A model generated the notes under the pieces. It saw only the letters and a list, made by a program, of their open reading frames with translations. It was not told where the DNA came from and did no database searches. From positions 12,682 through 76,681 of the forward strand of contig DAOSDC010000007.1 of assembly GCA_035361955.1 (NCBI GenBank): a stretch of 64,000 nucleotides of DNA. Reading direction: 5' to 3'. Position 1 is the stretch's first letter; every line of letters starts with the position of its first letter. Positions 62,080 through 64,000 of this stretch are shown one piece after another. Made by a program: the position numbers and the translations under genes. The stretch comes from Bacilli bacterium. GTDB lineage: Bacteria > Bacillota_I > Bacilli_A > RFN20 > CAG-826.

Positions 62080-62484
62080 ATGGCAACTAAGAAAAAAGAA
62101 ATCGTCCAATACTACGGCACTGGTCGTCGCAAATCGTCAATCGCTCGTGTGTATGTCAAATCAGGCACCGGATCGATTACCGTCAACGGCCGTCCCGTCA
62201 AAGAATACATGCCGTATGAAACGCTAGTCATGGATTTAATGCAACCGCTCGTGTTGACGAATAACGCCGACAAATTCGACGTCGAAGCGACCGTCATCGG
62301 CGGAGGCTTCACCGGACAAGCCGGCGCCATCCGTTTGGGCATCGCCCGCGCCCTACTCGAAAGCGGCGCTGAACGCACGACGCTGAAAGTCGCTGGGATG
62401 TTAACCCGTGACAGCCGCGCCAAGGAACGTAAGAAGTACGGTCTGAAAGCCGCCCGCCGCGCTCCGCAATTCAGCAAACGTTAA
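62080..62484 (+). CDS. rpsI: 30S ribosomal protein S9
   Basis: [31 protein letters not shown] and the C-terminal RRAPQFSKR. Confidence 0.97.
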   Translation: MATKKKEIVQYYGTGRRKSSIARVYVKSGTGSITVNGRPVKEYMPYETLVMDLMQPLVLTNNADKFDVEATVIGGGFTGQAGAIRLGIARALLESGAERTTLKVAGMLTRDSRAKERKKYGLKAARRAPQFSKR

Positions 62485-62496
62485 TCAAAGATTAAA

Positions 62497-62525
62497 ACCC
62501 ATGGTAAGCAACCGTGGGTTTTTCT
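62497..62525 (+). terminator. Rho-independent terminator after rpsI
   Basis: ACCCATGG-taagcaa-CCGTGGGT followed by a T-rich run. Confidence 0.75.
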
Positions 62526-62556
62526 TTTATGGTCATGATTTTGGGATTGTTTATGG

Positions 62557-62585
62557 TTGAAATCCTGATAATCATATTGTATATT
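62557..62585 (+). promoter_or_regulatory. Candidate promoter of the stand-alone tRNA-Ile gene
   Basis: TTGAAA - 17 nt - TATATT, 16 nt upstream of the tRNA 5' end. Confidence 0.5.
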
Positions 62586-62601
62586 GTATAGGCACATAAA
62601 T

Positions 62602-62678
62602 GGGCCTTTAGCTCAGTCGGTTAGAGCGCGCCCCTGATAAGGGCGAGGTCGATAGTTCAAATCTATTAAGGCCCACCA
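62602..62678 (+). tRNA. tRNA-Ile (anticodon GAU)
   Basis: GGGCCTT/AAGGCCC acceptor stem. AGCTCAGTCGGTTAGAGC D arm. Anticodon loop CTGATAA. GGTCGATAGTTCAAATCTATT T-arm region. Encoded ACCA end. 77 nt in total. Confidence 0.93.
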
Positions 62679-62694
62679 TTTATGTAAGATCATT

Positions 62695-62719
62695 GGGCCC
62701 GAACGAGGCCCTTTTCTTT
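62695..62719 (+). terminator. Probable terminator after tRNA-Ile
   Basis: GGGCC-cgaacga-GGCCC followed by TTTTCTTT. Confidence 0.5.
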
Positions 62720-62728
62720 AGGACGAAT

Positions 62729-64000
62729 ATGTTACAGGCACTCCGCGATAAACAATTTATGAAACGCTTCTTCGCCATCACCTTCCCGGTCATGGTCCAG
62801 ACGCTCGTTTCCTTTATCGTCACCTTTGTCGATAACATCATGGTCGGTGGCGTTTCCAATGAAGCCGTCAGCGCCGTGTATGCCGTTAACCAAGCGTCGT
62901 TTTTGTTTTTCGTCGTCAGTTATGGTCTTTTTAGCGGCGCCGCCATCTATGTCCAGCAATTTGCCGGTGCCAAAGACGTCAAGCATCTACGCCAGGCATT
63001 TTTGTTCAAAATTGTGATTGGGACGGGATTTTTGATATTATCGCTACCACTGCTTTACGCATTCGGGTCACAGCTGGTCACTTTCTATTCGCGCTCAGAC
63101 GCTAACCAAGCCGGGATATTGGCCCAAGCCGCTCTTTATATGCCGATTCTTTTTTTGAGTTATATACCACTGATATATGCGACATCTTATGCTTCTACTT
63201 TAAGGGAAACCGGACGCACGAAGCTCCCGATGATCGTTGGCGTGATTGCTCTTTCTTCAAATGCCGCACTAAATGCGCTGTTTATTTATGGATTGCGACT
63301 CGGAGTCGTCGGTGCCGCGTTAGCGACGGTTATCGCACGGTTGATTGAGGCGGGGGCGATTATCTTGATTGCTCACCGCAAGAAAATGGATTTTTGTCAT
63401 GGGGTCTATCGGCAGTTCAAAATTGAACCGAAACTATTTCGTCTTATCGCCAAGAAGATGTGGCCACTGCTGATTAATGAAATTTTGTGGTCGACCGGCA
63501 TGATTATGCAGAGTCTGAGTTTTGCCGAACGTGACAACGTATTGTCGGCCTTATCGATTCTTTCGACGACTACCGAAATCTTTGGCATCGTGTTTGCCGG
63601 ACTTGGCGTTGGCATTTCCGTCATCGTCGGCTCGGCGCTTGGAGCCGGTAGAATCAAAGAAGCGAAGGAAGATACCAAAAAACTCATTGGGTTAGGCGTT
63701 TTTATTTCGCTGATCGTTGGCGGCATCATGTTGATGCTCTCGCCGTTTATTCCCAAACTTTGGGTCGAGGTCAGTCCCAGACAACAACTACTGGCAACGC
63801 AGATGATTATCGTATATGGCATCTTCTTATCGGTTTATAGCGTTTGCGTCAGCGCTTACCAAATACTGAGAGCCGGCGGCAAGACGACGCAGACGATGCT
63901 GATGGACTCCGGGCTGATGTGGGCAGGAACCGTGCCTTTAGCTTGGGCATTAGCACTTTTTACGAATCTTCCCCTCGTATTGATGTTCATGATTTTGCAG
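62729..64000 (+). CDS. MATE-family efflux transporter; 3' end lies beyond the right edge
   Basis: Absent from the ORF track because there is no stop in the window. Manual translation gives MLQALRDKQFMKRFFAITFPVMVQTLVSFIVTFVDNIMVGGVSNEAVSAVYAVNQ... and stays open to 64000 through repeated TM segments. An alternative start is ATG 62759. Confidence 0.85.
   Translation, partial: MLQALRDKQFMKRFFAITFPVMVQTLVSFIVTFVDNIMVGGVSNEAVSAVYAVNQASFLFFVVSYGLFSGAAIYVQQFAGAKDVKHLRQAFLFKIVIGTGFLILSLPLLYAFGSQLVTFYSRSDANQAGILAQAALYMPILFLSYIPLIYATSYASTLRETGRTKLPMIVGVIALSSNAALNALFIYGLRLGVVGAALATVIARLIEAGAIILIAHRKKMDFCHGVYRQFKIEPKLFRLIAKKMWPLLINEILWSTGMIMQSLSFAERDNVLSALSILSTTTEIFGIVFAGLGVGISVIVGSALGAGRIKEAKEDTKKLIGLGVFISLIVGGIMLMLSPFIPKLWVEVSPRQQLLATQMIIVYGIFLSVYSVCVSAYQILRAGGKTTQTMLMDSGLMWAGTVPLAWALALFTNLPLVLMFMILQ

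Noticed and set aside
1-64000. I searched for CRISPR arrays, IS elements, prophage remnants, toxin-antitoxin pairs and restriction or other defence genes.
   Set aside because: I saw no regularly spaced direct repeats, terminal inverted repeats, transposase/integrase/recombinase motifs, or small adjacent two-gene cassettes with TA-like features. Apart from the uncharacterised secreted proteins, all large ORFs have metabolic, transport or envelope assignments.

Overview
This 64-kb window looks like ordinary chromosome from a low/mid-GC Gram-positive-lineage bacterium (Bacillota or Mycoplasmatota-like). It uses the standard genetic code, with TGA as a stop. I saw no rRNA, CRISPR array, transposase, integrase or phage genes. 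About 55 protein genes are tightly packed, with many 1-8 nt overlaps and several overlapping convergent gene ends.

Content from left to right:
- A cardiolipin synthase cut by the left edge, then an MscS channel, an MFS transporter and an alpha/beta hydrolase.
- A glycoside-utilisation block: GH36 alpha-galactosidase, GH2, a GPH symporter and GH3, with ilvE and an AlaDH/PNT-fold oxidoreductase embedded in it.
- A scattered surface-polysaccharide gene set: SDR, priming sugar-phosphate transferase, CapD-like dehydratase, a fused Wzz/BY-kinase-like protein, WecB, LicD, HAD-IIA, an IspD/TarI-like cytidylyltransferase, a second SDR, a Wzy/O-antigen-ligase-like protein, GalE, Ugd and a Big_2-VanZ protein. 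This set is interrupted by housekeeping genes: a frameshifted ald, tRNA-Gln, glyA, smpB, folC-folT and a cytoplasmic GH13.
- An amino-acid ABC transporter preceded by a lysine (L-box) riboswitch.
- Two tandem lipoprotein pullulanases.
- A cluster of secreted proteins, including an endonuclease-I / Big_2 / lamin-tail-domain nuclease and two uncharacterised paralogues, flanking a GPH-type MFS plus PlsC-type acyltransferase operon.
- comEB, ecfA1-ecfA2-ecfT-truA, a PHP-family phosphatase, yebC, rplM-rpsI, tRNA-Ile and a MATE transporter cut by the right edge.

The ORF track omits both edge-truncated genes, both tRNAs, the riboswitch and one 50-codon ORF. It also over-extends several N-termini.

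No clearly novel system is proven. The most unusual items are:
- the paralogous secreted-protein family with an uncharacterised C-terminal module;
- a nuclease-less copy of the nuclease's C-terminal half;
- the degenerate Wzz/BY-kinase fusion;
- the MFS-acyltransferase pair;
- the homopolymer frameshift in ald.
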